DNA of 64,000 bases, taken from Puia sp. Lineage in GTDB: Bacteria; Bacteroidota; Bacteroidia; Chitinophagales; Chitinophagaceae. The DNA lies in contig JARLGZ010000278.1 of NCBI GenBank assembly GCA_031292515.1, positions 17,891 to 81,890 on the forward strand, in the 5' to 3' direction. Position 1 is the first letter of the stretch; each line of letters begins with the position of its first letter. Below the pieces are notes generated by a model. The model was not told the origin of the DNA. It worked only from the letters and a program-made list of their open reading frames with translations, and made no database searches. Made by a program: the position numbers and the translations under genes. Below are positions 37,017-44,977 of the stretch, in pieces.

Positions 37017-37385
37017 ATGAAGATCCTGGTGGCAGAAGATGAAACGATCATGTTGAAGACAATTGACTTCCGTTTGAAGAAGGACGGTTATGAGGTCTTT
37101 TTGGCGGAAGACGGACAAAAGGCCCTTGAAAAAATCGAGGAGCTGTCCCCCGATCTGATCATCACCGATATCATGATGCCTTACGCGTCCGGCCTTGAGA
37201 TCGTCGGCTTTGTGAGGAAGAACAAGGAGAAGAGGATCCCCATCATCATCCTGTCCGCCATGGGGCAGGAAGATGTCGTGCTGGAAGCGTTCGGGCTGGG
37301 CGCCGATGACTATATCACCAAGCCTTTCAGCCCCAACGAACTGTCGGTAAGGGTAAAGCGACTGCTATCGGTAACCGGCCGGTGA
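37017..37385 (+). CDS. Stand-alone CheY-like response regulator receiver
   Basis: MKILVAEDE...DLIITDIMMPYASGLE...IIILSA...DDYITKPF; 122 aa with no output domain. Confidence 0.95.
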   Translation: MKILVAEDETIMLKTIDFRLKKDGYEVFLAEDGQKALEKIEELSPDLIITDIMMPYASGLEIVGFVRKNKEKRIPIIILSAMGQEDVVLEAFGLGADDYITKPFSPNELSVRVKRLLSVTGR

Positions 37386-38533
37386 GCACCGGAAAAAATC
37401 ATTTATTATCAATGCCATTTTTAGAAGTCCATCCTATCCAATACCTGAAAACCGGCTACCTGGTCGTTGCCATGTTTGTATTGCTCGGCGTGCTGTTTTC
37501 CGTTGTCCTGTTTATGCTGCTCTATCTGCTCGCCAGGAAGAAACGGGAGAAGCAAAAGGAACGATGGCACCAGCCGGTCGACCTGCTTATCCGGCGGGCT
37601 ATTTTTTTTGAAGAGAGCCCCGACAGGATGCAGATCCCGATAACACCCGGGGTGAGCAGATGGCTGAAAAGGTCTTATTTCCGGCAATTCCTCCTCGACG
37701 AAATGATTACAGCCAAAAAGAGTTTCTCCGGCAATGCCGCCGAAAACCTGGTGAGACTCTATAACCAGCTGCGTCTTGAAAGACTTTCGCTGACGAAGCT
37801 CAGCAGCCTGAAATGGCATATCCGGGCTCGATGCATCCAGGAACTGGCCGCGATGGACCAGAAAGACCAGGTAGGAAAGATTTACCGGCTGACCAATCAT
37901 CCAAACGAATTCATCCGGATGGAGGCGCAATCGGCGATCGTCCATTTCTATGGGTTCGAAGGGCTGCGCTTTCTCGATGTGGTATCCCAGCCCATCTCCG
38001 AATGGCAACAGATCCAGCTGCTGGCGCAACTTCCAAAGACTTTGGGCGCCGGGTTGAAAGGCATGGAAAGCTGGTTAAAATCTTCCAATTCATCTGTCAT
38101 CTCGTTTGCGTTAAAACTCGCCCGGATTCACCGGCGGTTCGAACTGCATGACGCGGTGGCCGGTTGCCTGGATCATCACAATCCCGCGGTGCGCATACAG
38201 GCCCTGAAGTGTTTGCAGGATATTTGTAATGAGACGACGGCCACGCTGATCATCGGCCGCTATGAAAAAAACGACCGTCTTTATCGCATCGCGGCCCTCG
38301 AAACCCTGCAATGTATGGGGCCGGAGAGCGCGGAACAGCAGATCGGTTTCCTGCAAAAAGAATTGCTGAATGAAGACGATACGATCAAGCTGGCAACCGC
38401 CCGCGTTCTGGCGACCGTAAGCGGGCGGGGGACGCAGTCACTGGACGATTTTGAAAAGGCAGGAGAATATCCCTGGAATGAGATCATCCGCCAGGCGAAA
38501 GGTGAACAGACAAAAAGCGGGAAAGCGGCATGA
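37382..38533 (+). CDS. Membrane-anchored HEAT-repeat protein
   Basis: A single TM helix (LVVAMFVLLGVLFSVVLFMLLYLLA) is followed by the RKKREKQKERW stop-transfer. Repeated helical units with HPNEFIRMEAQSAI, HHNPAVRIQALKCL and DDTIKLATARVLA are typical of HEAT/PBS-lyase repeats. The GTG start overlaps the RR stop (GTGA); an alternative ATG is at 37412. Confidence 0.7.
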   Translation: MSTGKNHLLSMPFLEVHPIQYLKTGYLVVAMFVLLGVLFSVVLFMLLYLLARKKREKQKERWHQPVDLLIRRAIFFEESPDRMQIPITPGVSRWLKRSYFRQFLLDEMITAKKSFSGNAAENLVRLYNQLRLERLSLTKLSSLKWHIRARCIQELAAMDQKDQVGKIYRLTNHPNEFIRMEAQSAIVHFYGFEGLRFLDVVSQPISEWQQIQLLAQLPKTLGAGLKGMESWLKSSNSSVISFALKLARIHRRFELHDAVAGCLDHHNPAVRIQALKCLQDICNETTATLIIGRYEKNDRLYRIAALETLQCMGPESAEQQIGFLQKELLNEDDTIKLATARVLATVSGRGTQSLDDFEKAGEYPWNEIIRQAKGEQTKSGKAA

Positions 38534-39957
38534 GCTGGCAGCAAATCATATTTGGCTTTTTCAGCTATGGCATCCTGCTATACTCCCTGGTCTTGCTGGC
38601 ATTCTATCTCTTCATTGCGCTTTTTGCCATCGGGGAGATCCGTCACTATCTTTGGGCAAACCGGTTTACCGACTACCGCGTACTGGCGGTTTCTTCCAAC
38701 GCGCCGGGAATGAGCATTCTGGCGCCGGCCTACAACGAGGCCGCCACCGTGGTAGAAAATGTAAGATCGCTTCTTTCCATTCATTATAACAACCTGGAGG
38801 TCATCATCATCAACGATGGCAGTAAAGACGAGTCGCTGCAGAAGCTGATCGCGGAATATGATCTGCATAAGGTCGACTTTTTCGTTCAGGAGCGGGTCGC
38901 CACAAAAAAAGTGAGAGGGGTGTATAAAAGCGCTAACCCCGTTTTCCACAAGCTCATCGTCGTGGACAAGGAGAATGGCGGGAAAGCCGATGCGCTGAAC
39001 GTGGGGATCAATATCGCAGGCAAACCCTATATCGTATGCATAGATGTGGATTGTATCCTCGAACAGGATGCGCTGCTGAAAATGGCCAAACCCTTCCTGG
39101 AAGAGAAGGGTTATCGGGTCATCGCTTCCGGTGGCGTCGTGCGGATCGCGAATTCCTGCCTGATCAGGAATGGCCGGCTCGAGAAAGTCAATCTCCCTGA
39201 TCGATTTCTGCCGCGTGTGCAGACGCTGGAATATATCCGGGCTTTCCTGCTGGGCCGGATGGCCTGGAGCAGGATGAACGGACTCCTGCTGATCTCGGGG
39301 GCTTTCGGCGCTTTCGAAAAAGAGATCGTCATAGCCTGCGGCGGCTACAACCATAAGACAGTTGGTGAAGACATGGAACTCGTGGTCCGTATGCGCAGGT
39401 ATATGGAGGAGCGGAAAGAACCTTATAAGGTGACGTATATTCCAGACCCGCTCTGCTGGACGGAAGCCCCCGTCTCTTATAAGATCCTCGGAAGGCAAAG
39501 GAACCGCTGGACAAGGGGCACGATCGAAACACTCCGATTTCATAAGATCATGTTCCTCAATCCGCGCTACCGGTTGCTGGGGATGCTGAGTTATCCTTAC
39601 TGGCTGTTCTTTGAGCTGTTGGCTCCGATCGTCGAATTTGCCGGTATCGCCGGTCTGCTTCTGTCGGCTTTATTTGGCTTTCTCAACTGGTCGGTGTTCT
39701 TTGCGTTGCTGGGTTTTATCGTATCCTTTGGGTTCCTGTATTCGATATTTGCCATCCTGATGGAAGTCCTCACCTATAATCAATACAAACAATCGAAGGA
39801 TATCCTGCGATTGGTGCTTACGGCGATACTCGAGCCGGTTCTTTTCCATCCTTTTGTAGTATGGTCCGCCATCCGGGGGAATATAGACCTGTTGAGAAAA
39901 AAGAATAGCTGGGGAGAGATGACCCGCCAGGGGTTTGTCGTCAAAAAGAATCCATAA
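38530..39957 (+). CDS. Processive membrane-embedded family-2 glycosyltransferase (PgaC/IcaA/BcsA/NodC-like polysaccharide synthase)
   Basis: There are N-terminal TM segments. The catalytic motifs are APAYNEA...IIINDGSKD, KADALN, IDVDC (DxD), VGEDMEL (TED-like) and QRNRWTRG (QxxRW). Three to four C-terminal TM helices follow. The ATG overlaps the upstream stop (ATGA). Confidence 0.9.
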   Translation: MSWQQIIFGFFSYGILLYSLVLLAFYLFIALFAIGEIRHYLWANRFTDYRVLAVSSNAPGMSILAPAYNEAATVVENVRSLLSIHYNNLEVIIINDGSKDESLQKLIAEYDLHKVDFFVQERVATKKVRGVYKSANPVFHKLIVVDKENGGKADALNVGINIAGKPYIVCIDVDCILEQDALLKMAKPFLEEKGYRVIASGGVVRIANSCLIRNGRLEKVNLPDRFLPRVQTLEYIRAFLLGRMAWSRMNGLLLISGAFGAFEKEIVIACGGYNHKTVGEDMELVVRMRRYMEERKEPYKVTYIPDPLCWTEAPVSYKILGRQRNRWTRGTIETLRFHKIMFLNPRYRLLGMLSYPYWLFFELLAPIVEFAGIAGLLLSALFGFLNWSVFFALLGFIVSFGFLYSIFAILMEVLTYNQYKQSKDILRLVLTAILEPVLFHPFVVWSAIRGNIDLLRKKNSWGEMTRQGFVVKKNP

Positions 39958-40010
39958 AAAGAATCCATAAAAGAATCCATGAGAGCGAATGCAAAGGGGT
40001 ACGTAAAAAC

Positions 40011-42095
40011 ATGAATCGAAAAGAACCAATATCAATAGATAAGAGTAGTATGAATGATTTGAAAATACATATCCGCCTCTTCGCTGCTTTGTCGCTGGCG
40101 TGGCTGGTGATGATCCTCCTGTTGAGCGGCTATGAATTCCTGTCGAATGGGAGCGCTCCGGGTATCTGGGAGCATGCGGGTTCCCTGTTCCTGTACAAGT
40201 TGTTTAACGAGGGGGTATACTGGCTGGACTCCTGCGGATGGCTGCTGGTTTTTTTCATCGCCTGCTATTTTCTGTCGGCCCGGCTTGCCCGCGGGCTGAC
40301 TATGGTGATCATCGTGCTATTGGTATTGATACAATTCATGCTCGCAAAATATTTTTCCACGGCGTTTGTTCCGCTTGGCGCCGATCTGTATGGATATTCC
40401 TGGAAGGATATAAAACAGACGGTGGGCGCTTCCGGCAGCATGAATGCCGGCACGATCGCCATTTTCGCGGTCCTGGCCGGGATACCGTTTTTATGGCTTC
40501 GCCTTGCCTGCCGGCGGATCCGGATCCCCCTGCTGCCTGCCTTGCTATTGCCCTTGCTATCGGTGATCGCGATGACGGCCGGTCCTTCTCTTCTCCGGCA
40601 TCACGGGGTTTTCCCGTCAGATTTTGCATCGAACCTGGTCCTGAGCAAGCCCGGCTATTTTTTCAGACAGTCCCGGGATCATTTTTTCCCCGAGGAGCAG
40701 GAGACCGATATCTATGCGGACTATTATGCCGGGGAGACAGGCGGCGACGAGGGGCTTGCCGCCAATTTCCTATACCCGGACGAAACCGGCTATCCCTTTT
40801 TTCATGGCGACAGTACGAAGGATGTGCTGTCTCCTTTTTTCGCTTTGCGGGGACAGGACGGCCCGGCCCGCCACACGGAAACTGTCACTCCTCCTCATAT
40901 CGTCATTATCCTGGTCGAAGGATTGGGTCGCGCCTTTACCAACGAAGGCGCCTATCTCGGAAATTTTACGCCTTTTCTGGATTCCCTGGCCGGCCACAGT
41001 TTGTACTGGAAGAATTTCCTGAGTGAAGGAGGGAGGACTTTTGCCGTGCTGCCATCCGTGCTGGGATCGCTGCCCTTTGGCAAGAACGGGTTCCTGGAGA
41101 TGGGAGAGGGGATGCCTTCGCAGCTCTCATTGCTAAACGTGCTTAAGAGAGACGGCTATCACAGCTCTTTCTATTATGGCGGCGACGCTCATTTCGACAA
41201 TATGGATCTTTTTTTGCAGAAGGGCGGGATCGATGAATTAAATGACGGCAGATCCTTTCCGGCCGGTTATACAAAACTTCCTGCCGAAAATGGGTTCTCC
41301 TGGGGATATAACGATAAGGAATTGTTTCGCCGCTATCTGGAGACGCGGGCAGCCGTCCCTGCACAGCCGCAACTCAGCGTGATCCTGACGGTTTCGACGC
41401 ATAGTCCTTTCAAGATCAACGAACCCGATAAATACAGCCGGCTTTTTGAGAACCGGATGAACCAATTGGGTTTTGACGAGGCACAGAAGAAGGAGCACCG
41501 GGTCTTCAAGGATCAATATGTGAGTATCTTGTATATGGATGACGCGCTGCGCAGTTTCTTTGCAGCCTATGCCCACCGGGCCGATTTTCAAAACACGGTC
41601 TTTCTTATCACCGGAGATCACCGGATGCCTGAAATTCCCATGAGGACGAAGATCGACCGCTACCATGTGCCCCTGATCTTCTATTCGCCGCTGTTGAAGA
41701 GAACGGCTGACTTCCTTTCGGTATCGACACATTTCGACATAGCGCCCTCTTTGCTGGCCTTCCTGTCTCATGGTTATGGTATCAGGAGACCCTCCGGGGC
41801 GCAATGGATGGGCGCCGGGCTCGACACGGCCAGGGGCTTCCGCAACATCCATGCTTACCCGATGATACAGACCAAGACCGACCAGGTGGATTTCATCATG
41901 GGTGAATATCATTTGAATGGGACGCAGGTATTCCGGCTGTCCCCGGATATGAATGAAGAAGCTGTCACGGATGAAGACGGAAAAGAGATTGCCGGCCGAC
42001 TCGATAACGCATTTGGCAGGTTCCGTCAACGGAACGGGCGTATTACGCCCCGGGGAAAAATGGTTCCCGATTCGCTGTTGAAGGCCTATCCCTGA
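40011..42095 (+). CDS. LtaS/BcsG/OpgB-like membrane transferase (multi-TM N-domain plus extracytoplasmic alkaline-phosphatase/sulfatase-fold domain)
   Basis: About 5 N-terminal TM helices are followed by IVIILVEGLG, TVSTHSPF and LITGDHRMPE blocks characteristic of the sulfatase/LTA-synthase superfamily. Confidence 0.8.
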   Translation: MNRKEPISIDKSSMNDLKIHIRLFAALSLAWLVMILLLSGYEFLSNGSAPGIWEHAGSLFLYKLFNEGVYWLDSCGWLLVFFIACYFLSARLARGLTMVIIVLLVLIQFMLAKYFSTAFVPLGADLYGYSWKDIKQTVGASGSMNAGTIAIFAVLAGIPFLWLRLACRRIRIPLLPALLLPLLSVIAMTAGPSLLRHHGVFPSDFASNLVLSKPGYFFRQSRDHFFPEEQETDIYADYYAGETGGDEGLAANFLYPDETGYPFFHGDSTKDVLSPFFALRGQDGPARHTETVTPPHIVIILVEGLGRAFTNEGAYLGNFTPFLDSLAGHSLYWKNFLSEGGRTFAVLPSVLGSLPFGKNGFLEMGEGMPSQLSLLNVLKRDGYHSSFYYGGDAHFDNMDLFLQKGGIDELNDGRSFPAGYTKLPAENGFSWGYNDKELFRRYLETRAAVPAQPQLSVILTVSTHSPFKINEPDKYSRLFENRMNQLGFDEAQKKEHRVFKDQYVSILYMDDALRSFFAAYAHRADFQNTVFLITGDHRMPEIPMRTKIDRYHVPLIFYSPLLKRTADFLSVSTHFDIAPSLLAFLSHGYGIRRPSGAQWMGAGLDTARGFRNIHAYPMIQTKTDQVDFIMGEYHLNGTQVFRLSPDMNEEAVTDEDGKEIAGRLDNAFGRFRQRNGRITPRGKMVPDSLLKAYP

Positions 42096-42152
42096 ATCCT
42101 GTTTCCGGGAGCATTTTTCCACTGATAAAGACCGGGCTGATCTCTCCGGAGG

Positions 42153-43409
42153 TCATTTCTTTGGAAGCGTTCGATAATAGTCGTAGAATATCCTGTTCAT
42201 CATCGGCCTGTAGAAATTCCAGAAGAAGCCGACTCGCTGGTTGGGGTCGCTGGTGTCATAAAACAGCCAGCTGAAAAAAGAGATGCCCTTGAAGGGAGAG
42301 CTGCCCAGGCCGATGGGGTTGTCGCAGAAGTCACCGGAAAAATAATAGAAGCGATAATCTTCGCCCTGGTGGAACAATACCGCCGGGAAGCGGAGCGGTA
42401 TCCGGTGCTTTTTCAATTCGGCGGCGCCCGCTGCGTTGGCATGGATGACAAACTCCGCGCCGATCTCATTACGGGCAGAACCGGCAGGAGCCGGGTAGCC
42501 TGCGGAATCCGGTTTGTCTTGTCCGGCCGGTGAAAGCGGGGCCCTCGAAACCGAATCATTCAGGACAGGATTGGGATCGGTGATATCGAACCAGAAGGGA
42601 TACTTTGTCTCTCTCGGAAGGTCGAGGGCTTCCCGCCCGGTTTCCGTGCTCTCAATGACGGGTACCGCGTCGAGCAAGCCGGTGGACGTTTCCAGGACTA
42701 CGATCTGGTCGTCGTTGCTGACGAACGCAATGCCGTCGTGGTGAAAGGGCCACGCGCCCTCATGTTGCAGCCGGTAGTTGCCGACGAGCCAATGCGGCAA
42801 TTCACTGTTGACGGATGTGTCGAGTGAGGAGAAATAACGCGCCGTCCAACCCGTCCAATGCATGCCGAACAGACGTTCGAACCGGGTTCGGACCGCCGTA
42901 GCCGTAGGCGAGCCGATCGTATTGAATTCCGCGATCATCAGCTTGTGCCGGGCTTTCATGTTTTCCAGCAGACCGATATCTTCGGGGCTCATTCCCCCAT
43001 AGACAAGACCGGAGCGCCCGGAGACGGCTGTTTTTTTATACCATTCGTTCTTGTAGATGCCGTAGGTATCCGTGAAATAGACCCCGTCGGCATCGCCAGC
43101 GAGGGTCTTTAGCCGTTCGGAAGAGAATCGTTCGAGGCCCTTTAGTTTGAAATGGTCATCCTGACCGGGGAAAAACCCAAAATAATCGTGGTCAGGCTCG
43201 TACAGATCCTTTTTTGTTTTTGTGAATTTCTCGTGCCGTAATATCCAGTCGAGCGAGATATGTTCCTGTGCAAGGGGCGTGAGGACGGTCTTATCTACGA
43301 TGGCGACCACCATTTTTTTCCGGGGTGTACACACCCAGGCCAGCCACATCCATAACGGCAGGAGGAGCAGTATCACGAGCAGGAAAAGAAACCCCCTGGT
43401 CTTTGTCAT
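42153..43409 (-). CDS. Membrane-anchored protein of unknown function (no family recognised)
   Basis: 418 aa with an N-terminal TM helix FLFLLVILLLLPLWMWLAWV. Its ATG directly abuts the stop of the upstream porin gene (TAAATG). No recognisable catalytic motif. Confidence 0.6.
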   Translation of the reverse strand: MTKTRGFLFLLVILLLLPLWMWLAWVCTPRKKMVVAIVDKTVLTPLAQEHISLDWILRHEKFTKTKKDLYEPDHDYFGFFPGQDDHFKLKGLERFSSERLKTLAGDADGVYFTDTYGIYKNEWYKKTAVSGRSGLVYGGMSPEDIGLLENMKARHKLMIAEFNTIGSPTATAVRTRFERLFGMHWTGWTARYFSSLDTSVNSELPHWLVGNYRLQHEGAWPFHHDGIAFVSNDDQIVVLETSTGLLDAVPVIESTETGREALDLPRETKYPFWFDITDPNPVLNDSVSRAPLSPAGQDKPDSAGYPAPAGSARNEIGAEFVIHANAAGAAELKKHRIPLRFPAVLFHQGEDYRFYYFSGDFCDNPIGLGSSPFKGISFFSWLFYDTSDPNQRVGFFWNFYRPMMNRIFYDYYRTLPKK

Positions 43410-44681
43410 TTAGAATCGCTTTTGATAGCCTATGCCGATATCCACCTGATTTCCCCGCGTTCCCGGCAGGTATTCCTGGTTGATCAGGGTAGCCGTGGCA
43501 AAGACGACATTCAGTTTTTTGATGGCGTGGTTGTAACCTACGGACAGCTTATTCGATTTTAACTCATAATGGGAATTCAGCTGGATATTGTTGCTCAGAT
43601 CGTCGGGTGAAATGCCGGTGCCCAGCGCCAGGCTCAGGTAGTCGTCGGCCCCTCCATAATAGTAGCGGGTGGTGACCGTATAGGACTGGGAAATATTGCT
43701 GTTGCCGGGGGTGAGATAAGTACGGGCATTAAACCAGAAGTTCCTGTAATATTTACCCGCCGACAGGGTATAGATCCAGGTGTCGCTGCTGAAATACAGG
43801 TAGCGGAAGCCGGCTTCGGCCTCGAAGCTTTTTGGCAGGTTGGCATAGAGAGAAAATCCCGCCCGGTATTTGGGGAAAATGCCGACGTCGTGCGAATAGC
43901 CGGCGTTTATATAGCTGTAGAAGGTCCTCGATATCTTCGGGTAGGCATCGCCCTCTACTTGTACTCCGTTGCTGTTAAACCGGTTGGCATAATTGATGCG
44001 GCCGATGACGGCGCCGATTTTTGTCTGTCGTTTATAGTCCACGCTGGCGAGATGCCAGGGGGCGTTGAACTCCTTATCAAAATAGACATAGTCGTAATAG
44101 ACCCCCAATTGATTTTTTGCGGCTTTGAAACGGGTTTGCAGAGCCAAAGCCCGCGCCTCCGCATTTTTTGGATCGGTCCTCAGCAAGGTATCGGTTATCG
44201 CCGCGGACTCTTTGAAGCGGCCCAGATCGTTCAGGATCTTTGCTTTTTTCAGCAGGAGATCCCGGGAAGCGGGATGATAGAACAATCCTTTGTCGCACCA
44301 GGACAGGGCCTGGTCTGAGTGGTCGTTCCAGTATTCGAGATCGGTCATGGCGGCGGCGGCATCTTCGTTGTCCGGATGCCTGTCAAGTACATAACCGAGG
44401 GCCTGCCGGGCGCTATCTAAGTGGTGATTCCAGGCATAAATCCTGCCCAGAAAGACCCTGATGTCCGAATAATCGGGGCTTTTTTCAAGGGCCTTCTTAC
44501 ACCGTTCGATTGCCGCGGGATAGTCGTGGTCGCTAAATGCCGAATGCCTGGCCTGTTGAAATAAGTCATCCGCGGAAAGGGAGACCTGTGCCCGGGTCTG
44601 TAAGGGAAGTGCATTTAGTATCGTAAAAGAGAGGATGACCGTAAGAGGCCCAAAAAGGAGATTTCCAATAGGGTTTTTCAT
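43410..44681 (-). CDS. TPR-repeat plus YaiO-like outer-membrane beta-barrel protein (PgaA/BcsC-like architecture)
   Basis: Signal peptide, then ~180 aa of TPR-like helices (AIERCKKALEKSPDYSDIRVFLGRIYAWNHHLDSA...). These are followed by ~230 aa with alternating-hydrophobic beta-strand periodicity, ending IGIGYQKRF with a terminal Phe. Confidence 0.65.
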   Translation of the reverse strand: MKNPIGNLLFGPLTVILSFTILNALPLQTRAQVSLSADDLFQQARHSAFSDHDYPAAIERCKKALEKSPDYSDIRVFLGRIYAWNHHLDSARQALGYVLDRHPDNEDAAAAMTDLEYWNDHSDQALSWCDKGLFYHPASRDLLLKKAKILNDLGRFKESAAITDTLLRTDPKNAEARALALQTRFKAAKNQLGVYYDYVYFDKEFNAPWHLASVDYKRQTKIGAVIGRINYANRFNSNGVQVEGDAYPKISRTFYSYINAGYSHDVGIFPKYRAGFSLYANLPKSFEAEAGFRYLYFSSDTWIYTLSAGKYYRNFWFNARTYLTPGNSNISQSYTVTTRYYYGGADDYLSLALGTGISPDDLSNNIQLNSHYELKSNKLSVGYNHAIKKLNVVFATATLINQEYLPGTRGNQVDIGIGYQKRF

Positions 44682-44977
44682 GTATTTTTTAAACGTGAAA
44701 AGCGGGCCTCTAGTATGGAAGTACGAATAAACGCGAATGGCCGCCTGTAAGGCGCGGATGGAGGCAAATAAGGCGGCAGCAGCGTTGGATAAGGTAAAGG
44801 ATTGAATGAAAAATATTTAATTCTAGTATATATTACTTACAATAATTTGATGAAATACAACTAGTCGTTGAGTGATATTTGATACTTTAGCCAAAAAAAT
44901 GACAAATTATGGATTGAAATCAAAAACATTGCCGGAAACTGCTTAAATATTTACATCAAAAATTAACTGCATTTAAC

